53,922 nt of DNA from Chiloscyllium plagiosum (taxonomy: Eukaryota): positions 46,062,091 to 46,116,012 of the forward strand of contig NC_057728.1 in the NCBI RefSeq assembly GCF_004010195.1, written 5' to 3'. Below, piece by piece: positions 38,889 to 50,999 of the stretch (position 1 is its first letter; the number at the start of each line of letters is the position of its first letter). The position numbers and the translations under genes are program-made. The notes below the pieces were generated by a model. That model had not been told where the DNA came from, did no database searches, and saw only the letters and a program-made list of their open reading frames with translations.

Positions 38889-39107
38889 GTAGTGTTGTGC
38901 TGGAAAAGCACAGCCAGTCAGGCAGCAGCCGAGGAGCAGGAGAGTCGATGTTTTGAGCATAAGCTCTTCACCGTGAATGTGATGAAAGGCTTATGCTTGA
39001 AACGTCGACTCTCCTGCTCCTCGGATGCTGCCTGACCACAGTACCACACCTTTCCAGCACCACACTTTTTGACTCTGATCTCCAGCATCTGCAGTCCTCA
39101 ATTTTTC
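38889..39107. mobile_element. Palindromic PLE pLTR insertion (two inverted hammerhead-bearing arms) with about 15-bp TSD
   Basis: 38891-38970 is the near reverse complement of 38983-39066; cttcaactgtgccac (38874) / cttcaacttgtgccac (39108). Confidence 0.88.
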
Positions 39108-39149
39108 CTTCAACTTGTGCCACCCCTACAACTGCCCAGCTAAGATCAA

Positions 39150-39980
39150 CATAGATGTTGTCTGGAATCTCAGTTCTGTATGATTTCAAGTCCAGTTGCA
39201 CACATTGGAGTCTCCTCTGGGACAGAAAAGACCTGTTCAAAGAGGATAGGTCTTACCCGAGCTGGAAAGGGACCCATATCTTAGCAGGGAGCTTTGCTCG
39301 TTCCACCCAAAGAGACTTTATACAGATAGAGAGGAGAGTGGAGGAATTACAAGTCATGGCGTAAATAGAAAGGTTGGTGGGGAAGGTTCTGAATGTGAAG
39401 AGAGCACACCAATTAGAAAAGAAAGAAAAGAGAGAATCAGGGTACATTGTAACTCTGAAGAACGAAATTGCATTTATTTCAGTGCAAGGGGTCTTCCAGA
39501 TAAGGCTGATAAACTCAGAGTGTGTTTAAGTACATGGGATTGGGATTTCAGAGCTTTTACAGAAACTTGGCTGAAACATGAACAGGACTGACAGCTCACT
39601 GTTCTGGGGTTTAGATTGTAGGGAGGATATTTTCCCAGGTTGGGGAGTTTAAAACCAGAGGACACAGTCTGAGGACAGGTTGTTAGGCCATTGAGGATTA
39701 AGATGAGGAAATATTTCTTCATGCAGAGGCTGGTCAGTCTGTGAAGTGTGTGACCACAAGAAGCTGTGGATTCCAAGTTGCTGATTATATTCAAGAAAGA
39801 GATGGATTTTTATGTTTAAGAGACAATGAATTGAATTGAATTTATTGTCACATGTACCGGGACACAGTGGAAAGCTTTGTCTTGTGAGCAATACAAGCAG
39901 ATCACATAGTTATCACACAATGACTATGTGAAACGGAAGAACAGGCTGGAAGGACTGAATGGCCTATTTTTGCCCCAAGT
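39150..39980 (+). mobile_element. Internally deleted CR1: ORF1 end, ORF2 start, then 3' end
   Basis: HWSLLWDRKDLFKEDRSYPSWKGTHILAGSFA (esterase-type ORF1 end); CIYFSARGL..FTETWL (EN start); RT C-terminus and tail from about 39625. Confidence 0.7.
39826..39915 (-). mobile_element. LINE 3' tail with (TTCAA)n end, nested in CR1
   Basis: tgaattgaattgaatttattgtcacatgtaccgggacacagtggaaagc. Confidence 0.65.
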
Positions 39981-40199
39981 TTCACCAATACAGAGCTCTG
40001 GACAGCCAATTCAGTCCTTCAGAAGTGCGGTCACATTGTAGTGTTGGGAAGTGTAGCAGTAAATTCAGGACGTCTCAAAATACTCCATAGCCAATTAATG
40101 AATTTTCAAATCTCACAACAATTGTCATATCAAAGGCTATAAATGTCAATTTGTTTCAAACTATGTACTGTATTTACCAGAATGGTTCTAAAGTGATTT

Positions 40200-40816
40200 G
40201 TTTTTATTCATTGAGTATAAGGATAGGCAGGTTATGCTGCAGCTTTACAGAACTTTCATTAGGCCACACTGGGAATATTGCGTACAGTTCTGGTCACCAC
40301 ATTCTCAGAAGAAGGGTGAATCTTTGGGGAGGGAACAGAAAAGGTTTACCAGGATGTTGCCTGATATGGGGGATTTTAGCTGTGAGGAAAGGTTGAATAG
40401 AGTTGATTTGTTTTCACTGGAATGCAGGAAGCCGATGGGCGACCTGGTCAAACTTTATAAGATTGTGAATGGCATGGATAGAGTGGAAAGTATGAGGCTT
40501 TTTCTCAAGGTCGAAGGGTCAATTGCTAGGGGACACGAGTTCAAGGTGTGCGAGGGCATAAGTTTAAAGCAGATGTGTGAGGTATGTTTTTCACACAAAG
40601 GTGGGTGAGTGCCTGGACCAGGCTGCCAGAGGAGATGGTGGAAACACACACTATAGCAGCATTCAAGAAGCATCTAGACCAGTACATGAATAGGTAGGGG
40701 ATATAGGGAAATGGATCCCATGAGTGAAGACAGTTTTAGAATGGAAGGGCAAAATGTGTCAGTGCAGGCTTAGAAGGTCTCAGAGCCTGTTCCTGTGCTG
40801 TATTGTTCTTTGTTCT
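40200..40816 (+). mobile_element. CR1/HER1 3' fragment
   Basis: IEYKDRQVMLQLYRTFIRPHWEYCVQFWSP..QKRFTRMLP; 3' UTR. Confidence 0.92.
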
Positions 40817-41419
40817 TAATTCACGCACAGAAAGATCCCACAACCAGCCGTGAAACAAATGAGAAGACAATTTGTTCTGATCTTGCGATATTTGATACTG
40901 GCTCATACAATGCAGATGATATCAAATGCTGTCTGTCTCTTTCCCCAAAAGGGCAGTGAAAGCAGAGCCTTGAAATACTTTTGAAGGCAGAAGGCACTCT
41001 ACTCTTGATGAGTAACGGGAGTGAGGTTATCCAGGATAGGCAGTACCTTGAGCAACCAGATCAACCGTGACCTTTCTGAAGGGCCAATTGACTTGTTCCT
41101 GCTCCTGATCCAAGGGATGTTATGTAAACCATCTGGAGAGCAAACGGAACAGCAGTTAAATGTCTCTCTGCAAAGATGGCATTTCTATCCGAAACAGCAG
41201 CACCCTTTTAATGTTGCGTCCAACTGGTTTCTGGTGATCAGTCTCCAGAGGGGCATTTGGAACTACAGCTATCTGACACAGAGCCATGTGTTTCACCCAC
41301 TGCTTGCACTTCACCATCGTGTGGCACTCAGACAGTATCACTTTTGAAGCACAAACAGGCAGAGTGGGATTCATTGTGAAGGAAGACTTGGGGATATTGC
41401 GAAGATTAACTTAGAGTTG

Positions 41420-41695
41420 TAGAATCATAGAGTTGTACAACACGGAAACAGACTCTTTGGTCCAACCCGTCCATGCTGACCAGATATCCTAAATGACTCT
41501 AGTCCCATTTGCCACCATTTTGCCCTTAACCCTCTCAACACTTCCTATCTAGTACCCATCCAGTTGTAATTGTACCAGCCCCCACCACTTCCTCTGGCAG
41601 CTCATTCCATACACGCACCACCCTCAGCCTCCAACGCTCCAGAGAAAATAGCTCCAGCCTATTCAGCTTCTCCCTGTAGTTCAAACCCTCCAACT
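41420..41695 (-). mobile_element. CR1 3' fragment with deletions
   Basis: Reverse complement of 43872-44030 tail; caacgctccagagaaaatagc. Confidence 0.8.
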
Positions 41696-42009
41696 TGGTT
41701 TGACAGATTGCACATTCCAGAGACCTGGGGGACAGTATGAGCCTGGCTCAGAAGTGCATGCCAACAGTCGGCATCCAGTCAAACAGCCAGTGTGCACTCC
41801 CTGCCCTGAAGCAGATGAGACGTCAACTGAATGTATTTGTGGCAGTACAACCCAGTGCCAGGACAAATTGCTTACATTGAAAGTGGAAAGGAAAGGAAAG
41901 GTAGATCCTGTTTAGTAGTTTAACTGGGTGTAAATCAGTGGGATGTCCAACGTGGTGAGCTAAATGGCACATCTTTGGAATAACATACTTGCTTTCTCGT
42001 GCTAAACAG

Positions 42010-43866
42010 TCCTTGTCAAATGCCTTACTAAAATCCATGTACACTACATCCACTGCTCTTCCCTCATCCACATGCTTGGTCACCTCCTCGGAGAATTCAA
42101 TAAGACTTGTAAGGCAAGACTTACCCTTCACAAATCCGTGCTGGCTGTCCCTAATCAAGCAGTGTCTTTCCAGATACTCATAAATCCTATCCCTCAGTAC
42201 CCTTTTCATTATTTTGCCTACCACAGAAGTAAGACTAACAGGCCTGTAATTCCCGGGGTTATCCCTATTCCCTTTTTTGAACAGGGGCACAACATTCGCT
42301 ACACTCCCGTCCCCTGGTACCACCCCCTTTGCCAGTGAAGACGAGAAGATCATTGCCAACGGTACTGCACTTTCCTCTCTTGCTTCCCACATAATCCTAG
42401 GATATATCCCGTCAGGCCCGGGGGACTTGTCTCTCCTCAAGTTGTTCAAAATGTCCAACACATCTTCCTTCCATCAGGTATCTCTTCTAGCTTACCAGTC
42501 CATTTCACACTCTCCTCTTCTACAATACGGTCCCTCTCGTTCGTATATACTGAAGAGAAGTACTTGTTCAAGACCTCTCCTATCTCTTCCGACTCAATAC
42601 ACAGTCTCCCACTACTGTCCTTGTTCGGACCTACCCTCGTTCTCGTCATTCTCTGGTTTCTCACATACGCAGAAAATGCCTTGGGGTTATCCTTGTTCCT
42701 ATCCGCCAACGATTTTTCATGCCCTCTCTTAGCTCTCCTTATCCCTTTCTTCAGGTCCCTTCTGGCTATCCTGTATCCCTCCACTGCTCTGTCTGAATCC
42801 TGTTTCCTCAACCTTATGTAAGCCTCCTTTTTCCTCTTTACCAGACATTCAACCTCTCTCGTCAACCAAGGCTCCCTCACACGACCATTTCTTTCCTGCC
42901 TGATAGGTACATACATATCATGGACACGTCGTATCTGCTCTTTGAAGAAGTTCCACATTTCCACCACATCCTTCCCTGACAGCCTATGCTCCCAACGTAT
43001 GCTCCTCAAATCCTGCCTTACAGCATCGTAATTTCCCTTCCCCCAATTATAAAATCTACCTTGTTGTGCGCACCTATCTCTCTCCATAACCAAGGTGAAA
43101 GTCACAGAATTGTGGTCACCATCACCAAAATGTTCACCCACTAACAAGTCCACCACTTGTCCCGGTTCATTACCGAGTACCAAATCCAATATGGCCTCCC
43201 CTCTGGTTGGACAATCTACATACTGCGTTAGAAAAGCTTCCTGGACACACTGCGCAAACATCGCCCCGTCCAATCTACTTGATCTAAAGAGCTTCCAATC
43301 AATATTTGGGAAGTTGAAATCGCCCATGGCTACTACCCTGTGGCTTCTGCACCTTTCCAAAGTCTGTTTCCCAATCTGTTTCTCCGCATCTCTGCTGCTA
43401 TTGGGGGGCCTCTAGTAAACACCCAACAAGGTGACTGCACCTTTCCTATTTCTGACTTCATCCCATACTACCTCCAAAGGCAGATCCCCCTCAAAGTGCC
43501 TTTCTGCAGCCGTTACACCATTTCTAATTAGTAACGCCATCCCCCCTCCTTTTTTACCACCCTCCCTAATCTTACTGAAACATCTGTAACCAGGAACTTC
43601 CAACAACCATTCCTGTCCCTCTTCTATCCACGTTTCCGTGATGGCCACAACATCGTAGTCCCAGGTACCAATCCACGCCTTAAGTTCACCAATCTTATTT
43701 CTGATACTCCTTGCGTTGAAGTATACGCACTTGAACCCATCTCTGTGTCCTCAAGTAATCCCTGTCAGTGCTACCTTCTTCAAGCCTCCCTACATTCTTG
43801 GACATCCTGACAAACAGCTAGCCTACTTGCTAGACTACAAGTCCGGATCCCACCCCCCTGCCAAAT
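42010..43866 (-). mobile_element. Young CR1/HER1 LINE 5' half of ORF2 (APE endonuclease plus RT N-terminus), 3' half missing
   Basis: AITETW, MGDFNFP, ILDLVL, GDGDHN, KSPGPDGI, QHGFVKGKSCLTSL, YMDFSKAFDK; one stop (43412) and one frameshift (about 42460); CpGs retained. Confidence 0.95.
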
Positions 43867-43867
43867 T

Positions 43868-44031
43868 GAAACATTTAAAAGGAATCTGGATGGGTATATG
43901 AATAGGAAGGATTTAGAGGGATATGGGCTGGGTGCTGTCAAGTGAGACTAGATTGGGTTAGGATATCTGGTTGGCATGGACGAGTTGGACCGAAGGGTCT
44001 ATTTCTGTGCTGTACGTCTCTATGACTCTAC
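43868..44031 (+). mobile_element. CR1 3' tail
   Basis: catttaaaaggaatctggatgggtatatg...ggaccgaagggtctatttctgtgctgta..ctctatgactcta. Confidence 0.85.
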
Positions 44032-45945
44032 TGTAGGGATTTTATGATCCTCCTTAATGCTGCTGTCACAAAAAAAAACAGTTCTCACCACCTTGGACTG
44101 AACATGCAACAAAAGAGGAGGAAGAGAACGATATGGTATTGTAAGAAAAAAGGGGAAGGGAGGAAACCGACAGCACATCCACTTTTCAGATAGGCTGACT
44201 GTGAATGCCTTGTCAGACTGCAGTTCTGGTGAGTACACCCCAGATCCCATAGCACAAAAAACCCATACCTTACCATGCCTCAACTGTGGACTGTCATAAC
44301 ATCCTTTTGTCTATATTCTGAAAAACATAATTACAAAACAAAAAATTCTCTCTCATTTTATCCAACAAGGCTTCCAATATTCACACAAAATATAGATGAT
44401 CGCCTTCATACCTTCTCTTCGTGTCTGTCTTTTAGACATCTCTGCCTCTCCCACCATTCCAACTCCATACCTCCCTTGTGATTGAGGCAAGTCCTGGTGG
44501 GATACTGCTGACTTTCAATGTGGCAGGTGGCAGAGATATCCTGTAGGACCACCTTTGTGCAGTCCCTACCCAGGAAATCCTGGTATCAGACTGCAGAAAC
44601 TCAGTATGTGCTGCAAGAGCCAGGACTGAGAGATAGCAGGAGTGGAAGTGGTAGGAATGCCGTCAACCTGAGGGCAGTGGATTTGTGTCTCATGTAGCTA
44701 CTGCTATCTCCTTGTGCACAGATTGTTGCAATGTCCTAAACCCCTGCCATCCCTTTCAGCAATGAAGTTAATCACCAATGATAACAGCATTCTGAGCTTG
44801 CAAGTAAACAAGCTTCAATTTCCTGGACTCAATCTGAGCTTCCACAGCTGCTCTCAGATATTGGGTCTTTGCTGCTGGTTGGTAGTTATGATACCAGCTG
44901 TTAGACATTGCATCACGGTTATGTTGCAAATGCTCTCATGGAGCACTGAGAGCTCTGTATAATTTCCATGTTGGAACTGGACTCCTCTGTTCTCCTTGGC
45001 ATTGAGAGTTGGCTATCTCGTAGTCCTACCAATGCACTGTGCATATCTGTGCAAATATCCACCACCCATTATCTAAATGCTGTTGCACCAAAGTCGTCAT
45101 CTGAGCCCACTTCAGCAGAATTGTTGTGCATCATGGCCCTCCAAAGAGTTGGCACCTACAGAATTCTTCCTCACGGCTGGGTGCAGTACATGCATATTCA
45201 GCGATTCACCAAGTCTAGACTCTACCTCTATGTGACTTTCTAAAGTGTGAAATCTGCTGTTACTTAAGCTTATAGCTACTGTGCTGGCCTTTCTGCTTGA
45301 TTAGTCACTTGCTATTCACCTCCTGCAGCAGCCAACTGAACAGCAGTGCCACTTCTTGGATGTCTGACAGTTGACAGGGATTTGGGGCAAGGAAAGAGGA
45401 AAGCGAGAGTAAGTGGTGAATCAGAAGAAGCTCTGATAACAGAGAATTGGGACATACAAAGGTAAGTTGGTTGGGAATAATTATCGCCAATGATTTAACA
45501 CCAGCTCCCAGCTAAGTGCTCATTTGTGGCCACATCAGTGATTGGTATCTTTGTCTTTGCCATACTGGTGAGGACATTTCATTTTCTCCGTACCCCATTG
45601 CTGAGGCACTGCTATTTTACATTCCTGGCCAGCTTGCCTGCAAGTATACCTGTGTCGATGATTTGCCTGCCACAGTTGAATAGCTAGCAGTATCACATAT
45701 GAGAATGTTATCTGAGCGGTTAAGGTGATGTATATAAAAGTTAGCTACAAATTGTGGCTGATTGAGACTGTTGGGAGCAGACAGAAGAGGAGTGTGATGA
45801 GTTGAGCCTAGTGTGACACTGGAGGTTCATTTGTAAGGACATGGCATGTGAAGATGCATTCACTGACCTTGACCATTTATGTGAGCTAATTAAAAATTCT
45901 TAGTGTACACCAGCTATTCCCTCAGGGCTATACTGTGTGCATTGA

Positions 45946-46100
45946 TTGAACATACAAATTCAGAGCTGGAGTAAGCTACATGGTCGATCCGGCCTGCTTC
46001 ACCATTCAATAAGATTGTGATTCCTCTACATTCCTGCCTATCGCCTTGTTTATTGAGAATCTGTCCAACCAGATGATTACTTGTATACACTGCCTTCTCA
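45946..46100 (-). mobile_element. Old CR1 3' tail
   Basis: gaacatacaaattcagagctggagtaagc...gcctgcttcaccattcaataagat. Confidence 0.55.
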
Positions 46101-46315
46101 ATGAGTTCCTGGGGGTATTTCTGACAGCCTGGGGGAAGGTGTCAAGGTCTCCTGTGCTTCATTGGAGAAGATTGGGGAAACTTTCTGGACTGTTTGTCAA
46201 GATCCTTCCCACTCATTAACAGCTCTCTCTCATCACTTCTAACTCCTATTCGTGGAATATGTCTTACCTTTAGAGGTCAATCTAGCTTTAAGTAGTCCAG
46301 GCTAGCTTTAAGTGC

Positions 46316-46400
46316 TAACAAAAACAGAAATTGCTGGAAAAGCTCAGCGGTTCTGGTAGATCTGTGGAGAGAAATCAGAGTTAACGTTTCAGGTCAAGTG
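46316..46400 (-). mobile_element. pLTR-derived short repeat ending in hammerhead stem II
   Basis: Minus strand cacttgacct-GAAAC-GTT-aactctg; same family as 6355. Confidence 0.7.
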
Positions 46401-47122
46401 CTAGTTGTACCCTACCTACCATCATAATTCACTGGCAGCAAGAAATTTGTTGCTTCCCTCAATAGTTTGAGTGCTTAATTGTGCAACATGACTCGTACTT
46501 CCATATTTTTGGCTATCCAATTTTGACCCATAGTATCTATTTACCTGTGGAAGGAAAACAGAGGGAATGCCAAACCAAAACAGTTTCATAGATTATAATA
46601 GAACATTGAAAATAAATAATGGTCAGACTGAGTAAACAGTGAATGGATGGCTTTGACATAGATTCTTTATTTTTAAGTAGAAGCAAAAGCATCCGTAAAA
46701 TATTTCCTGAATTATCAACTATACGAATGAATAAAGATATCATACAAAAAGTATAAAATCAATCTACATAAGAGAGCTCCATTATAAACGATCCATGCTG
46801 CTGTATTTCACAAACAGAAGAAGCAATTCCCTATCACAGTCAGCTACTCAAACTCCCAAAATATTCCCTTACCCATGTCAAATTTCCGTTAATGATTCTA
46901 ACTCTTCTGCATCCTTCTGTTTGCAATCCACTGTGATATTTTTATTGAAATAATATAACTCTTTATCATTTGTACTGATTAACTTTGGCAACCAGCACCA
47001 TGGAAAATCTAACCATGAATTAAAAATTATTCATGAGAGTTAGCTGTAAAATCAAGCTTCAAACTTATTTTTTTTTTAAATACTAAAAGTGAACAAATAA
47101 TGTAGATCTAATGCTCACTTAC

Positions 47123-47528
47123 CTACATCAAATGAATATTAGGAAATGCCTGATCCTTTTCACCTATTCCATCACATTTATGACAAGTAATAGAATTAGT
47201 TGTTTCTTTGAATTCCTGTGTATTTAAACAAAAAGTACATGAATTGTGATTAGTAAGTTTATTTTTCTCACATCTATGACTGCAGTGCAGAGAATCCTTT
47301 ATCATAATATTGATGGAAGTTGGGTGAGGGATTTCCAATTCATCCTTTAAGCTGCAGTAGACCGATATTGGAAAATAGCTATCTGAAGTTCTTTGCTGAA
47401 ATTCTTCATCATTCATTTGGACGACAGCCCATCGGCAAATCAATTGAGTTTGGATTTTATCCAGCAAAATTTTCATCTTGTATGCTAAATGTGTAGGAAC
47501 ACTGTTTGCCTTGGAAGGATACCATGAT
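47123..47528 (-). other. Candidate exon (coding status unknown; alternative acceptor at 47215)
   Basis: Perfect donor AG|GTAAGT at 47123/47122; acceptors tttttaag (47529) and tttgtttaaatacacag (47216); one frame open for 134 codons; no homology recognised. Confidence 0.3.
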
Positions 47529-47539
47529 CTTAAAAATAT

Positions 47540-47800
47540 CGAGAGATACAGCACAGAAAAAACCCTTTGGCCCATTGGGTCTGCGCACATCTGTTTACAC
47601 TAATCTCACTTGCCAGCGCTTCGCCCATAGCCTTGAACGTTATGATATTTGAAGTTGCTCAACTTTTTTAAGGCTGTGAGTTTTCCTGCCTCTACTGCAT
47701 TCCAAAGCAGTGCATTCCAGGTTCCCACCACACTGTGGGTGAAACCATTTTTCCTTAAATCCCCACTAAACCTCCTGCCTTTCACCTTAAAATTATGCCC
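47540..47800 (-). mobile_element. CR1 3' fragment
   Basis: gatacagcacagaaa..ccctttggccc; gcattccag..cccaccacactgtgggtgaa. Confidence 0.8.
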
Positions 47801-50267
47801 ATTAGAAGTGTAATTTAGCTTTAATTGATCTGGGGTAGCTTTAAACTTGCATGAATCTGGGACACTGCTGAGATATGCAGGCAGTCCTTCTATTGCCCTT
47901 CCTGCCCTTTACTTAACACTATACCTCCTTTAGCAGACGGTCTTTTAAGAACAATCAAGATTAGGTGTCCTGTAGTCAGATATTCTCAGTTGTGCTTTAT
48001 AATTGGCCAAAATTGGAAAGCCCAAAAATTAATGAAAGGAAATTAAATAGTCCTTGAAATGTTAAAGATTTGTCTGCACTGGTTATCAAGTTTACAGAAA
48101 ATGATTTATAAATAAAATGGAAATTGGGATAATTTGCTGAAAATATTAAACGATATCAATTGTCCTTTTCCATTTAACATCCTCTTAGTTTATTAACATT
48201 TTAGTCTTAATGTGCTCCTGATGTTGTGTGACTACTTTTGGTTTCTGTGGATAACTGATAATAGCAAATTAGCTACTGCAAGTAATACTCATAGCCTAAT
48301 CTATTGGCCTTTATACTCAGTCTAGCTTCTTTTTTTTCCAGAACTGCAATGACTGTGATCAAATAACGCCATTAGGTTTAAGAGTTTCTGCTATATTTCT
48401 CTCTTTAGACATTAGAAAGTAATTGGTATGTCACGCTTTGTTCTCTCTTCCCATGTCTTAACATGTCTCTTTAATCTTTAAGAAACAAAAAAACACTGAT
48501 ATTCCTTTCAACAATAATAAATGCTGCATGCACTTATGGATCCAAACTGACTTTAAACCAACATGCACACTTGGCTGATCATATCAATAATTGTAAAGTC
48601 AGAAAAGGCACAGCAGGCATCATTATAACCAATTTCTTTAAAAAAAACGAATCTATCATATTTCATGTCTTTAACTAAGCTATTTGCTAATGTCATATTA
48701 AGACAATCAGAATACAAATCTTAAAAATATAATTGCAGTCCAAGTCTGTAATGGGTATGCATTGTATGTTCAATTTCTTCAGAGATACCAAGGCATGATT
48801 CAAGGATATTTTGCAATACCTTACCTATTTGTTAATAGATTACCATTCTGGTGATCATAATGAAAAGAAATCTAAGATAATTTTGTTTCTTACAGAGTTG
48901 CTAAGGAAAATTCAATACCCAAAGGTTAATTACATTCATTGTTTTGCTAATCTAAGCTTCAACTACTGATTAGGATTGAAATTGATTCTAAAGCTCCTTA
49001 TAGGGATGAAGTGACATTTATCCAGTCTTTGTTGTTGAGAATGTATAAAATCCTACTAGTGTTTTGAAATGATAAGATAACATTACTGCAGCAGTCATCA
49101 TTATTAGCATCCTTACATAAGCCATGCTTATATGTCTTTATGTTTCTGACAGTGAATGAAAACTGGTCAAAATATTTGAATTGGAGAAAACAATTTTTTT
49201 TTCAGATTTTGGAAGTCCATAATTTTTTGCTTCATATTTGTCACCTGACTTTAAAAAGAAATGTTTGTTATAAAGAATTACATTGAAAGTACAGTACAAA
49301 TGTTTTGTTGTATCTCATATCATTAAGAGATGTGATCATTACTTTTTGTAGCTAATGACTTAATGGTATATGGATCATAGATTCCACCTTAAATCAGATT
49401 GCTTAAAACATTCATAGAAGTACACTGCTCACTGTACCTGAATAGCTTTACTTAAGTGCCCAACACTGATGTGTCAGTGAATATCTTATTTGCATATATT
49501 AGCAAACTCTAATAAATGCCTGTAGGATTCCTTCACTACTAAATTATCTATACCTAGTTTAATATGCTATGAGGTTAAAGCATTACTTATCAGGTAAGAT
49601 TTCCTGATGGGGATAAAATACACATTACATTTAACAGCCAGTAATTGTCTGTAAAAATAAACCATTCTAATATATTGGCAGTAGATATCTGGAAAACTAA
49701 TTGAAGATCAGCTATATAACAGTCTGGATATTGAAGAGTTCAGACAATCAGCAGATATAACATTTATGAGTACAGGCATCTGAACAGATTTGTAGATAGG
49801 CTATTGACCAGCCAAGCTAAAACTTAAGTTCCTACACAGCAAAAGAAATTTCCAAGCATCCCTTTATTTAGAAATTAAAAGGCTCAAGTCACCAATCCAA
49901 AAAAAAACTATAATCTATACTATTTAGTTCTGCCTCTCTCCCTTTCTCTTTAAAAACAAAAGATTGAGAAACTGCCAACTATTTTTTTTTCAGAAAATGG
50001 CATGTGATTCCAAAAGCAATGCTTTCCTAAAAGAAAATACAGTCTAAAAATGATTAGTGTTTTGCTAAAACTAAGGAGGCTTACTTCTGTCCAGGTTTCA
50101 ATAGGTTTTACTAACATCTTTATCCAATTTGGTGCAATAGAAAAAAGAAACCCAGGTTCTACCATCTCACCTTATTTGGTATGAATGCCATCTACAGACT
50201 GAAACCTACTATTACAATTTTTAAGCTGCCAGCCTGTAGTTGTCAAAACAACACTGACAACGTTCCC

Positions 50268-50320
50268 TCTCCGTTGCTAAGTCTCACACCTACTCAGACT
50301 GTTGACACATGCCAATCAGC
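50268..50320 (-). promoter_or_regulatory. Possible promoter motifs (RFX half-site, CCAAT box)
   Basis: CCGTTGCTAAG at 50271, GCCAATCAG at 50311, upstream of minus-strand donor AAG|GTGAG at 50171; motif-only evidence. Confidence 0.2.
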
Positions 50321-50396
50321 ATGTTGATACATTGACTGCCACTACCAGAAGATGCTGCTGTGCATAGACTTCAGAAATCCTTACAGTGGCAGGAAA

Positions 50397-50682
50397 GATT
50401 CCTTACAGTGTGGAAACAGGCCCTTCAGCCCAACAAGTCCACACCGCAACCCACCCAGACCCATTCCTCTACACCTAACACTACGGGCAATTTAGCATGG
50501 CCAATCCACCTGACCTGCACATTTTTGGACTGTGGGAGGAAACCAGCGCACCCGAAGGAAACCCACGCAGACACGGGGAGAATGTGCAAACTCCACACAG
50601 ACAGTTGCCTGAGGCGGGAATTGAACCCGGGTCTCTGGCGCTATGAGGCAGCAGTGCTAACCACTGTGCCACCATGTCGCCT
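50397..50682 (-). mobile_element. HE1 SINE, near full length
   Basis: Reverse complement of the 4850 copy, with A/B boxes. Confidence 0.95.
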
Positions 50683-50999
50683 CAAGTTGAAAGGAAACAT
50701 ATGTCTTAAAGCAACAAAGGACAGTAAAGGAGTAGCAATTGGAAATGAACAAAGGAAACAAAACAGAAGAGAACAATAGAAGAAGACAGATGCAAAATTA
50801 ATTTTAACAAATCAAACACTGCATTATACTTTACTTTTTTAAAATGCTCAAAAATCTCCAAAGAGAAATGGAAGGCAAGTGCTGAACAGCATCCAGTGAC
50901 ACCTTTACTGAATTCCAAGTATTCAAACTACATATGTAGTTCCACTTTACAAAGCAAGCAATAGACAATCAGGAAAAGAGGTTGCTGAAAATTGTGCTT

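Noticed and set aside
41823..43648. Active LINE ORF2
   Set aside because: Stop, frameshift and loss of the catalytic RT half.
49526..49783. Plus-strand mini exon pair (donor CAG|GTAAGA at 49593)
   Set aside because: Splicing to the next AG sites gives an almost immediate stop; no homology recognised.
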